Assembly (NCBI RefSeq): GCF_963921235.1
Contig: NC_086108.1
Coordinates: 68,822,001-68,886,000 of the forward strand
DNA: 64,000 bases
Reading direction: 5' to 3'
From: Mobula hypostoma
Lineage: Eukaryota
Shown here: positions 12,790 through 24,735 of the stretch, one piece after another
Position numbering within the stretch: position 1 is the stretch's first letter
Layout: each line of letters begins with the position of its first letter
Position numbers and translations under genes: made by a program
Notes under the pieces: model-generated
The model's input: only the letters and a program-made list of their open reading frames with translations
What the model was told of the DNA's origin: nothing
Databases searched by the model: none

Positions 12790-13270
12790 TTGATCCCGGG
12801 GGAAATTGGTTTTCATTACAGTTGCACCATAAATAATAAATAGTAATAGAACCATAAATAGTTAAATAGTAATACGTAAATTATGCCAGTAAATTATGAA
12901 ATAAGTCCAGAATCAGCCTATTGGCTCAGGGTGTCTGACCCTCTAAGGAAGGAGTTGTAAAGTTTGATGGCCACAGGCAGGAATGACTTCCTATGACGCT
13001 CTGTGTTGCATCTCGGTGGAATGAGTCTCTGGCTGAATGTACTCCTGTGCCCAACCAGTACATTATGTAGTGGATGGGAGACATGTCCAAGATGGCATGC
13101 AACTTGGACAGCATCCTCTTTTCAGACACCACCGTCAGAGAGTGCAGTTCCATCCCCACAACATCACTGGTCTTACAAATGAGTTTGTTAATTCTGTTGG
13201 TGTCTGCTACCCTTAGCCTGCTGCCCCAGCACACATCAGCAAACATGATAGTACTGGCCACCACAGACTC
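12790..13270 (-). mobile_element. Rex1/Babar LINE 3' end
   Basis: ORF 12926-13348 CWGSRLRVADTNRINKLI; same tail as 13425-13655 and 23650-23785. Confidence 0.8.
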
Positions 13271-13304
13271 TGGTCTGGAATGGGAGAGATTCATAGGGAT
13301 TACA

Positions 13305-14104
13305 CAGGTGTCCCCCACTTTCCGAACGTTCTCTTTACGACATTTCACTTTTACCCGTTTTCGTTAACCGAAAGAGGATTTTCGCTTTTACGAAAAAAGA
13401 CGCTCGCTTTAAACTTGTGTTTAAAGTGTCATAGGAAGTCATTCCTGCCTGTGGCCATCAAACTTTACAACTCCTCCCTTGGAGGGTCAGACACCCTGAG
13501 CCGATAGGCTGGTCCTAGATTTATTTCGTAATTTACTGGCATAATTTACATATTACTATTTAACTATTTATGGTTCTATTACTATTTATTACTTATGGTG
13601 CAACTGTAACGAAAACCAATTTCTCCCGGGATCAATAAAGTATGACTATGACTACTTATGACTTACCCCAGGAAAGAATACCGTGACCATGAAGCCTTGC
13701 GTGGACAGGTGTGTGCACATGCATGATGTGCAAATGTGTGTACGTGTGCATGTGTGACGTGCGAATCCGTGATGTGCACATGCATGTAAGTGCCGATTTT
13801 TTTTCCACAAATCGATTTTGATTCAAACTTCCCGATTCTGGTAAGTGAATACTACACTGTACATACATTATTTCTACTTTATATAGACTGTGTATTTATC
13901 ATATCATTCTTGCCTTCACCATATGTTAGTGTTATTTTAGGTTTTATGTGCTATTTGGTATGATTTAGAAGGTTATTTTTTGGGTCTGCAAACGCTCAAA
14001 ATATTTTCCCATATAAATTAATGGTAATTGCTTCGCTTTACGCCATTTTGGCTTACGAACGGTTTCATAGGAGCGCTCTACATTCGGATAGCGGGGGAAA
14101 CCTG
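13305..14104. mobile_element. Tigger/pogo-like MITE interrupted by a Rex1 3' tail (13425-13655, +)
   Basis: Imperfect TIRs caggtgtcccccactttccgaa / ttcggatagcgggggaaacctg, with TA on the right side. Confidence 0.65.
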
Positions 14105-14499
14105 TACCATAAACTTGAATGCTTGTGATATGTTTAGAGATCAAATGATCCCCTTGGCTTAATGCAATATTAAAGGCATGCCCAACCTGAAGCACAATAA
14201 TTTGTTTCAACGAAACTGCATTGTAAGAAAAGATAGCAAAATCAAATCACATACCTGTAATATGTTTCCTAAGATGGGCATTAGTCAGTACTGGAGTCTA
14301 GAAGATTCTATTTCATAAGGAGCTTCAAAAACATATTGTGATTGATAGGGGCTCACTTCATATTTTGGAGTCATTCCATAACCCTATTGACTTGATTTTA
14401 TAACTACGTATGAATGCACCAAACTGTAACCTCTCTAGCATAAACATTTCACAGTTACACATTATTTACAAATTGTACTTTTCCCACACAATTAGGAAG

Positions 14500-15510
14500 G
14501 CAAATCAGGATTATTCACAGAGAATACAAATACAGCTACTTCTGCAACACTATTGATATCAGGCGCATGTGGCAGGGCATAACAGATGACAAGTCCACGC
14601 TGTGCTTCAACGACAGTGACGTTTCTCTTCCCACCCCTCCCCCTGAGCTCCTGAGGAGTAGACACTCTGTCTGGCCACAGCTGATGTCCTCATATGGTCT
14701 CAACGCCTCTCCCTGTAACTGGATCCTGGACTGGCAGAAAGGTTATAGTCAGTTCACGTTGGCAGAAACATCTCGAGCTCCATCATACTGAGCACTGGCG
14801 CTCCCAGGGCTGCATGCTCAGCCCACTGCTGTTCATACTGCTGACACATGACTGCACTGCTAGATCCAGATCAAATCAAATCAAGTTTTTTGATGATGCA
14901 ACAGTGGTTGGCCTCATCAACAAAGATGACAAGATGGCGTACAGAGATGAGGTAAAGTAGCTGATAGAATAGTGAAATCACAACAGCCTGAGTCTCAACA
15001 TGGCCAAGACAAAAAGATGATTGCAGACTTTAAGGTACAAGCTGACCACCTCTCATTGCACATAAAGGCTCCTTGGTGGAGAGAATTAGGAGCACTAAGT
15101 TTCTGGGAGAGCACGTAATGGATGATCTCACCTGGTCCCTCAACACCAACTCTTCAGCAAGAAAATATAGCAGCATCTCTACTTCCTGAGGAGATTGAGG
15201 CGAATGAGGCTCCTCCCCAACCCCCCCTACAATTTTAACAAAAGCATCATTGAGGGTGTCCTGACCAATTGCATCATTATTACAGTAATTGCAAGGCGCC
15301 TCACTGCAAGTTCCTGCAAAGGATTGCGAGGACTGGTAAGAGGATCATCGGGGTTTCTCTTCCATTAGATATTTGCTCTCTCTTTGAACTACTTATTGGT
15401 TTCATATATTCTTTGTTATAGCTTATAGCAATTTTTATGAATTGCATGGTACTACGGCAGCAAAACAAATTTCACAACATATGTCAGTGATAGTAAACCT
15501 GATTCTGACT
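14500..15510 (+). mobile_element. Decayed Rex1/Babar RT
   Basis: QGCMLSPLLFILLTHDC...KFFDDATVVGLI. Confidence 0.8.
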
Positions 15511-15711
15511 CACTAAGTGAAAGATGCAATTAAGATGAAAATAGTGCAGAAAAAGATACACAAATACCAAGGGTCAAGGGAATGAATTATAGAGTAGTTT
15601 AGCAGGACTTAACTAGACTAAGTAGAGGACGAATCAATAAGTAGAGGGTATAGTTTTAAGGGGAGGGGGGAAGTGATTAAATAGGAACCTGAATAACAAC
15701 CATTCACCCAG

Positions 15712-16330
15712 AGCAACACATCAAAGTTGCTGGTGAACGCAGCAGGCCAGGCAGCATCTGTAGGAAGAGGTGCAGTCGACGTTTCAGGCCGAGACTCTTC
15801 GTCAGGACTAACTGAAGGAAGAGTGAGTAAGGGATTTGAAAGTTGGAGGGGGAGGGGGAGATCCAAAATGATAGGAGAAGACAGGAGGGGGAGAGATAGA
15901 GCCAAGAGCTGGACAGGTGATAGGCAAAAGCGGATACGAGAGGATCATGGGACAGGAGGTCCGGGAAGAAAGACAAGGGGGGGGGACACCCAGAGGATGG
16001 GCAAGAGGTATATTCAGAGGGACAGAGGGTGAAAAAGGAGAGTGAGAGAAAGAATGCGTGCATAAAAATAAGTAACAGATGGGGTACGAGGGGGAGGTGG
16101 GGCATTAGCGGAAGTTAGAGAAGTCGATGTTCATGCCATCAGGCTGGAGGCTACCCAGACGGAATATAAGGTGTTGTTCCTCCAACCTGAGTGTGGCTTC
16201 ATCTTTACAGTAGAGGAGGCCGTGGATAGTAGCCTCCTTTGTCAGGGTCTCGGCCTGAAACGTCGACTGCACCTCTTCCTAGAGATGCTGCCTGGCCTGC
16301 TGCGTTCACCAGCAACTTTTATGTGTGTTG
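15712..16330. mobile_element. Penelope-like fragment bounded by ~85-bp inverted pseudo-LTR pieces
   Basis: 15713-15800 is the reverse complement of 16245-16330; the interior is homologous to 10360-10865. Confidence 0.85.
15773..15810 (-). ncRNA. Penelope-associated minimal type I hammerhead ribozyme motif
   Basis: Minus strand: UAGUC CUGACGA A GAGU CUCG GCCU GAA ACGU C GACUG. Intact core, palindromic stem III, GUC site, one stem II mismatch. Confidence 0.7.
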
Positions 16331-16529
16331 ACTAAAAATGTCATCTCGTTGGCACTCTAGATATTCCCTCTCCTGGAATCCAACACCAACCTGATTTTCC
16401 CGATCTTCCTACATATTTAAATCTCCCATGACTATTGTAACATTACCCTTTCGACATGCATTTTCGGTTGTAATTTGTAAGCCACATCCTTACTGCTAAT
16501 TGCGAGTTTGTATACAATTCCCATCAGAG

Positions 16530-17700
16530 TAATAGCTACTGCTCTGCATACCATTCTTACACATCTGGAGAAAAAGGATACTTCTATGAGAATGCTGTTC
16601 TTGGACTACAGTTCAGCATTCAACACCACAATTCCATCCAGGCTCGACAAGAAGCTCAGAGACCTCGGTCTTCACCCTGCCTTGTGCAGCTGGATCTTGG
16701 ACTTCCTAGCAGATCGCCGGCAGATGGTAAGAGCGAGCTCCCTCACCTTCACCCCTCTGACTCTCAATACAGGAGCCCCCAGGGCTGTGTACTAAGTCCC
16801 CTCCTTTACACCCTGTAAACCCCTGACTGTGTTGCCACCCACTGCTCTAATCTGCTAATTAAATTTGCCGATGACATTACATTGATTGGTCTAATTTCAA
16901 ACAGTAACAAGGTGGCCTACAGGGAAGAAGTCACTTCTCTGATACAGTGGCGTCAAGAAAACAACCTCTCCCTCAATGTCACAAAAACAAAGGAGCTGGT
17001 TGTGGATTACAGGAGGAATGGAGACGGGCTAACGCCTATTGACATCAATGGCTCTGGATTTGAGAGGGGGAAAAGCTTTAAGTTCCTCGGCATTCACATC
17101 ACCGATGATCTCATGTGGTCTGTACACACCAGCTGTGTGGTGAAAAAAGCACAACAGTGCCTCTTTCACCTTAGACGGTTGAAGAAGTTTGGTATGGGCC
17201 CCCAAATCCTAATAACTTTTTACAGGGGCACAATTGAGAGCATCCTGACTGGCTGCATCACTGCTTGGTATAGGAACTGTACCTCCCTTAATTGCAGGAT
17301 TCTGCAGAGAGTGGTGTGCACACCCTAGTGCATCTGTAGTTGTGAACTTCCCATGATTCAGGAAATTTGCAAAGAGAGGCGTGTGTAAAAAGGACCTGTA
17401 GGATCACTGGGGACCTGAGTCACCCCAACCTCAATCTATTCCAGCTGCTACCATCTGGGAAATGGTACCGTAGCATAAAAGCCAGGACCAAAAGACTCCA
17501 GGACAGCTTCTTCCACCAGGCCATCAGAATGATTAACTCAGGCTGATTTGAGTGTACTTCTATGTTATATTGACTGCTCTATTTATCATAAATCATTATA
17601 AATTACTATGATTGCACATTGCACATTTAGACTGAGACATAACGTAAAGATTTTTATTCATGTATATGAAGGATGTAAGAAAGAAAGTCAATTCAATTTT
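16530..17700 (+). mobile_element. 5'-truncated Rex1/Babar LINE inserted in an older CR1
   Basis: MLFLDYSSAFNT, KFADD, ESILTGCITAWY; (caatt)n-like tail. Confidence 0.9.
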
Positions 17701-18992
17701 ACTGTTGCAGTTCCTTAGCTCTATCCACAATGATTCAACACCTTCCGACCCTATGTTACCTCTTTCTAATGATTTAGTTTCATTTTTTTTTAACCGACAG
17801 AGCAACTCTGTCCCCTCTGCCTTCCAGCTTATCCTTTCGATACAATGTGCATGCTTGGACATTAAGCTCTCAGCTATAATCTTTCAGCCATGATTCAGTG
17901 ATACCTACATCACACATGCCAATCTGCAACTGTGCTAGAAGTTCATCTTCTTTATTCAGTTTAATGTGCGCATTCAAATATAACACCTTCAGTCCTGTAA
18001 CTTTCGATTTTGTCTGTCTTTTAAATTGCAACTCATCCTTTGACTGTAATTTTGCCCTATCAACAGCCTCTGTAAACCAGCTACTTGATCTTCAGCACTA
18101 TCATCACTCTTTCCTGTGACACTTCTTGCAGTGAAATATATGCAGCTCAGGACACTAGTCACACGATGCTCAACCTTTTGATTCCTAACCATGTCTGAAG
18201 TCTACCAACATCTGCTTCCACAACCTCCCTTATCTGTTCTAGCATTCTGGTTCCCATTCCTCTGCAACTCTAATTTAAACCCCACTATGCAGGATTAACA
18301 AACCTTCCCGCTAGGATATTTGTCACCATCCAGTTCAGGTACAAGCTGTCCCTTCTGTACAGGTTCCACCTTTCCTGGAAGAGAGTCCAACGATCCAAAA
18401 GTCTTATGCCCTCCCTCCTACACCAACTCCTTAGTCATGTATTAAACTGTATAATCTTCCTAGTTCAGGCCTCACTAGCACATGGTACAGGTAGCAATCC
18501 TGAGATCACAACCCTGCAGGTTCTGCCCTTTAACCTAGCACCCAACTCCCTGAACTCCCTATGCAAAACTTCATCACTTATCCTACCCATGTCTTTGGTA
18601 CCTACATAGACCACGACTTCTGGCTGTTCACTCTTCCACTTAAGAATGCTGAGGACTCAACCTGAGATATCCCAGACCCTGGCAACATACCATCTGGGAA
18701 TCTCGTTCTCACCCACAGAACTTCCTGTCCATTCCTCTAACAAATCCCCTATTTCACAGCCTGCCTCTTCTCCCCGCTTCCTCTCTGAGTTGCAAAGCCA
18801 AACAGTGCTAGAGACCCAAGCATTGACTCTCTTCTGTTACATCAACCCCCACCATCCCCACCTCAAACAGTATCTGAAGTGATATACCTGTTTTTGAGGA
18901 GGATGGCCACAGGGGTACTCTGCACTGGCTCATTAACCCCTTTCCCCTTCCTGACTGTTACCCAGTCTCCTGTGTCCTACACCTTGGGTGTA

Positions 18993-20616
18993 CAGTGGCA
19001 TGCAAAACTTTGGGTACCCCGGTCAAAATTTCTGTTACTGTGAATAGCTAAGCAAGTAAAAGATGACCTGATTTCCAAAAGGCATAAAGTTAAAGAAGAC
19101 ACATTTCTTTAATATTTTAAGCAAGATTATTTTTTTAATTCCATCTTTTACAGTTTCAAAATTAACAAAAAAGGAAAAGGGCCCGAAGCAAAAGTTTGGG
19201 CACCCTGCATGGTCAGTACTTAGTAACATCCCCTTTGGCAAGTATCACAGCTTGTAAACTAAGAGTTGCCAGCTAAGAGTTTTTCAATTCTTGTTTGGGG
19301 GATTTTCACCCATTCTTCCTTGTAAAAGGCTTCTAGTTCTGTGAGATTCTTGGGCCACCTTGCATACACTGCTCTTTTCTCTTTTGAGGTCTATCCACAG
19401 ATTTTCGATGACGTTTAGGTCGGGGGACTGTGAGGGCCATGGCAAAACCTTCAGCTTGCGCCTCCTGAAGTAGTCCATTGTGGATTTTGAGGTGTGTTTA
19501 GGATCATTATCCTGTTGTAGAAGCCATCCTCTCTTCATCTTCAGCATTTTTACAGACGGTGTGATGTTTGCTTCCAGGATTTGCTGGTATTTAATTGAAT
19601 TCATTCTTCCTTCTACCAGTGAAATGTTCCCCGTGCCACTGGCTGCAACACAAGCCCAAAGCATGAACTATCTACCCCTGTGCTTAACAGTTGAAGAGGT
19701 GTTCTTTTCATGAAATTCTGCATCCTTTTTTCTCCAAACATACCTTTGCTCATTGCAGCCAAAAAGTTTGATTTTAACTTCATCAGTCCACAGGACTTGT
19801 TTCCAAAATGCATCAGGCTTGTTTAGATGTTCCTTTGCAAACTTCTGACGTTGAATTTTGTGGTGAGAATGCAGGCAAGGTTTTCTTCTGATGACTCTTC
19901 CATGAAGGTCATATTTGTGCAGGTGTCGCTGCACAGTAGAACAGTGTACCACCACTCCAGAGTCTGCTAAGTCTTCCTGAAGGTCTTTTGCAGTAACTGG
20001 GGTTTTGATTTGCCTTTCTAGCAATCCTACGAGCAATTCTCTCAGAAAGTTTTCTTGGTCTTCCAAACCTCAACTTGACCTCCACCGTTACTGTTAACTG
20101 CCATTTCTTAACTACATTATGAACTGAGGAAATGGCTACCTGAAAATGCTTTGCTATCTTATCGCCTTTTCCTGCTTTGTGGGAATCGTTTATTTTAATT
20201 TTCAGAGTGCTAGGCAGCTGCTTAGAAGAGCCCATGGCTACTGATTTTTGGGACAAGGTTTGAGGAGTCAGGGTATTTATAAAGCTTTGAAATTTGCAAT
20301 GCCTGGCCTTTCCTGACAATGACTGTGAACAAGCCATAGCCCTAACAAGCTAATTAAGGTCTGAGACCTTGGTAAAAGTTATCTGAGAGCTCAAATCTCT
20401 TGGGGTGCCCAAACTTTTGCATGGTGCTGCTTTCCTTTTTTTCCACTCTAAAATTGTACAAAACAAAAATAATACACTAATCTTGCTTAAAATGTTGAAA
20501 AGAATGTTTTATCTTTAACTTTATGACTTTTGGAGATCAGTTAATCTTCTACTCATTTAACGATTCACAGTGACAGAAATTTTGACCAGGGGTGCCCAAA
20601 CTTTTGCATACCACTG
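18993..20616 (-). mobile_element. Full-length degenerate Tc1 transposon (second family)
   Basis: TIRs cagtggcatgcaaaactttggg / cccaaacttttgcataccactg with ~200-bp inverted arms; MGSSKQL start at 20235; VLWTDE, QQDNDPKH, WPSQSPDLNVIENLW; frameshifted. Confidence 0.93.
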
Positions 20617-21249
20617 TGTCTACCTCTCTCCATGTCCCTTCTATCACCCTTTCAGCCTCCCGAATGATTTGGAGTTCACCCAGTTTCAGCTCCAACTCCT
20701 TAACACAGATTGTTAGAAGATGTAGGTGTAGTTGTCAGGGACACTAGAGGTCTCCCTGCCTTCCCACATCCTGCAAGAGGAGCTTTCTACTATCCTGCCT
20801 GGCACTTCTACTGCCCTAGCTGAGCAGATTTAAAGAAGGGAAGGAAAAAAAAACTTAACCTTGAGCTTATTTTTTTGGCTTTCTCTCACTGAAGCCTCTC
20901 GCTGCCAAAACCTCGAAGAGCTACAGCCTCAAGATCACCACTGTGAGTCTGTCCACTTAGACGAAGGTCGCTGCGCTTGCCTCTGCCTTCCCTTAACTTG
21001 CTCTTGTTAATCAATCATAAACACGGATTGGTGGCTAGTCAAAACTCTTTTTCACTGTAGCGACCCACTGCTGGCTTTTCTACTCTGGCAGTGGGTCTGA
21101 GTGAAATTCCCTCCTCTCAAGACTTCTGATGTCTCAATGTTAAATGAAGAACCTTAGCCTTATGATATATTTGATTCTTCACTTTGAGGAACCAACTACT
21201 CCAAATCCATCCTGTCAATCTTCTTATGATCTTGTTTCAATGTTATCAT

Positions 21250-21600
21250 AGTGCATTTTCCTACACTAGAAGACAATTATCATGCCAGTGCCAAAAAAAA
21301 TATGGTAACATGCCTTAATGACCATCGCTCAGTGGCTCTGACATCCATCATCTTGAAATACTTTGTGAGGCTGGTCACAGAATACTTCAATGCCAGCCTT
21401 CCAAACAACTCTGACCCACTACAATTCATCGATAATCAAAGCAGGGCACATCATCTCCTTGGTCCCGCACTCATCTCTAGAGCACCTGAATAATACAGAC
21501 ACCTACGTCAAATTTTTATTTATTGACTACAGCTTCACTTTCATACCATAATTCCAAACTTGGTCACTGCACTCCATTTCTTGACTTCCTTACCAACAGA
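21250..21600 (+). mobile_element. Decayed Rex1/Babar RT fragment
   Basis: VTCLNDHRSVALTSIILKYF; attgactacagc motif. Confidence 0.7.
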
Positions 21601-21612
21601 CAGCAATGAGTC

Positions 21613-22205
21613 AAGCAGGTATCCCACCTCTCCCGGAAGTTCCGGGAGTCTCCTGCATATTGATAGCGGCTCCCTGACACCTGGAAATTATATGCAATAT
21701 CCTGGAAATCGATTTTTTGAGAGGGAGAGCAAGAGCGAGCATCCTGATTGGTCTCTCTTCATGCTAAGTAGACCTATCAGTTTTCTCTGTGGGCGGGCTT
21801 TACAGTCGACCTCAAAAGTAATGACAGTGTTGCTCGCTGCACTGTTTGCAACAGTGACTTTTCTATTGCCCGTGGTGGGTTAAAATGTAAAAGACAAGTT
21901 GAGGTGAGTTTAACAGGTGTCATTCATTCATTAGCACAGCTAACGCTATTTAAACTAGCTGGCTAGCTGCTAAGGAGCTACTCTACTGATGTCCAATGTG
22001 ATGAGCCAAACTCCCTGTAGACTTGCTTAAAGTTGTAATAGAGTAAAAAAAAACTCCATGATAATATAATAATATAAGTACATATTTTAATGTCACATTT
22101 TCTGCATATACCCAACTTGGTTTACAGACTAGACAAAATCACCAAAGTATGACATACACCCTTGGAGGTCAGACGGGGGGGGGGGGGGCGGGAATATGGG
22201 GATGC
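21613..22205. mobile_element. Probable non-autonomous DNA transposon (hAT-like)
   Basis: CpG-richer insert with tcccggaagttccgggagtctcc subterminal motif; termini not resolved. Confidence 0.4.
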
Positions 22206-22407
22206 AGGAGGCCTATCCCCCTTATTTCCTCATATTCCCAATTGGTATTACCGAATTTTATAGATGCCCAATAGAAAGAATCCTATCCCTATGCATTTGC
22301 ATCTTAACTTGTTAAGGTAACCGTCCTGCCCAAAACTCCAAGAAATTGCAGAGAGTTGTAAATGCAGCCCACTCTGTCATGCAAACCAAGTTCCTTTCCA
22401 GTGAGCA

Positions 22408-22610
22408 CAGATGCTGAAATCTGCAGCAACGAACAATCTACTTGTGGAACTCAGTGGGTCCAACAGCATCTCCAGGGAAAAAGGAATTGTCAACATTTTA
22501 GGTTGAAACCTTGGAGTCCTGATGGAGGGTTCTGATCCAAAATGTAGTCAATGCTTTTCATCCTAGAGATGCTGCTTAATCCACTGAGTTCCTCTAGCAG
22601 ATTGTTCACT
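22408..22610. repeat. Old palindromic Penelope-derived element
   Basis: gaacaatcta..ggaactcagtgg arm inverted to ccactgagttcc..agattgttc; degenerate ctgatgga core. Confidence 0.6.
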
Positions 22611-24529
22611 GTTGTCCTCTATTCACTCCAGATCCTGCACACTTTCCATCATATTGAGAAAGCAGCCAACTAATCAAGGACATCCCCTACTCACAGGCAT
22701 AAAGACAGTTTCTGTTCTGCTCTTGAACACACCTCTCACAGACTAAAAGATAAACACTTCATCTCCCACCTACCTTGTTGTTGACCCAAGATGTCGACTG
22801 TCCGATTCCTTCCACAGATGCTGGCTGACCTGCTGAGTTACTCTAACATTTTGTGTTGCTTCTGATTCCAGCATCTGTAGTCTCTTGTGTTTAAACTTTC
22901 TCTACCTATAATGCACTTTCTGCGTTCTGTTTTCTACTACATCGATGTAATGAACTGTTTGGATGGCACTCAAAAGCTTTCACTATATCTCAGTACATGT
23001 TAATAATAAAACAACACCAATTATAAATTTCAATCAATTTTACTAAATCTCATTAAAAATGCAATGCCCTTAACTCATCAGCTACGTTCACAAGCAAATG
23101 TACTACCATGGTTTGAAGACCAAAACTGTGCCCAGTATTCAAGTTTTACACTTACTAAAAGCCTGGCAGAATCTCAGCAAAACTTCAAGACATCCATGCA
23201 GTGCAAGGAGGTGGCAGTAAAAGTCAACTGACCACTTGCCTTCCTAATTGCTGCTTCACTTGTATGTTTACTTGCATTTTTTATGAATTAGCAAAACAGG
23301 GGCACTCTCAGTACCAGGATCTGTTCATTTCTCACCATGTAATAAAAGTTAATTTCTATTTGTTCAAAGAGCATGGCTGTAATTCTCTTCGCAATAATCT
23401 CAAAATTAACCATTTGCATTCCTAAATGAGATAAACTCACTTTTATTCACAGAATAACTTGTGAACAGATGGAGCCCAGTATCGATTCCCACTTAAGTAG
23501 CCTGTCACTCTCACAGGCTTGTATATTCTCACACCATTTTCCAATCATTAACCAATTCTTTAGCCATTCTAATACTATCTCACAATTGATATCAGGCTGA
23601 CTAACCAATAGTTCCTAATTCTTACCTTTGTCAAATTGCAGAGATACATTTCATAGTCATACTTTATTGATCCCGAGGGAAACTGGTTTTCGTTACAGTT
23701 GCACCATAAATTATTAAATAGTAATAAAACCATAAATAATTAAATAGTAATATGTAAATTATGCCAGGAAATAAGTCCAGGACTTATGTTACGTTCAAAA
23801 TCTATTGGCATTGTTCCAAAACCCACAAAATTTTAGAAAAGCTTTGAGTCTACTAGCAGAGACAGAAAATTCCATCTTGCACCATCTATTCTCAAATTAT
23901 TCTTCAAACAAAAGCAAATTTTTACTTTTCTGGATTTGAAAATGATCCAGTGAGATTACTGTGCAGAGAATTTCAGCTACACTCTTTGGAAGAATAAACT
24001 TCTGCTTTGTTAAGTGCTCTATCATTCATAGTTCTTAAGGCCCAGATAGAGCTTGCGTTGCTTCTTCTTTATGGAAATTTACACATATTGTACATGAACA
24101 ATTCATTTGAGAAACAACAGCCTTCAAAATAAAATGTCAATCTACTGAAGGGAAATCCAACAATTCAGTAGTCTACAGATGAACAAAACTTTATACAACT
24201 GGAACAATGATTACCAACACCCCCCCCCCCCCACCAAGCATAAGGCTCTTGAACAAGAAGGAATAGCTTCACTCACCCTAACACTGAAATTATTCTGCAA
24301 CCTATGGACTCACTTTTAAGGACTCTAAAACTCATGTTCTCAATATTTATTGCTTATTTACTATTATTTTTCTTTTTTGCGATTGTAGTTTGTTGTCTTT
24401 TGTAGATTGTCTGTCTGTGTTCAAGTTTATCATTGATTCTATCTAGTCTTTTTGTACTTACTGTGAATGCCTGCAAGAAAATGAATCTCAGGGTAGTATA
24501 TTGTGGCATACATATACTTTGATAATAAA

Positions 24530-24735
24530 TTTCTGTAAGGAGTTTATATGTTCTCCCTGTGGCCACATGGGTTCCCTTTGGGTGCTCCAATTTCCTCCCA
24601 TAGTCCAAAAACATACCGGTTGGTTGGTTTAATTGTAAATTGTCACGTGTTTAGACAAGGCTTAAATCATGGGTTGCAGGGTGGCGCAGCTCAAAAGGCT
24701 GGAAGAACCTGTTCCACAATGCTGCTCAATAAGGA
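24530..24735 (+). mobile_element. V-SINE/HE1-like SINE fragment
   Basis: ctgtaaggagttt..gttctccc..gggtgctcc..tttctcccatagtccaaa central domain. Confidence 0.7.

Larger units (their letters stand above)
16335..21000 (-). mobile_element. Old CR1 5' half (ORF1 and endonuclease start), fragmented by Rex1 and Tc1 insertions
   Basis: ERGNIGSEGVESLWIELRNC in ORF 17596-17862; CR1 ORF1 esterase-like sequence at 18200-18750; continues after 20616. Confidence 0.7.

Noticed and set aside
14225..14330. Possible minus-strand exon ending cag|gtatgt
   Set aside because: Translation does not resemble the next FAF1 exon and there is no good acceptor
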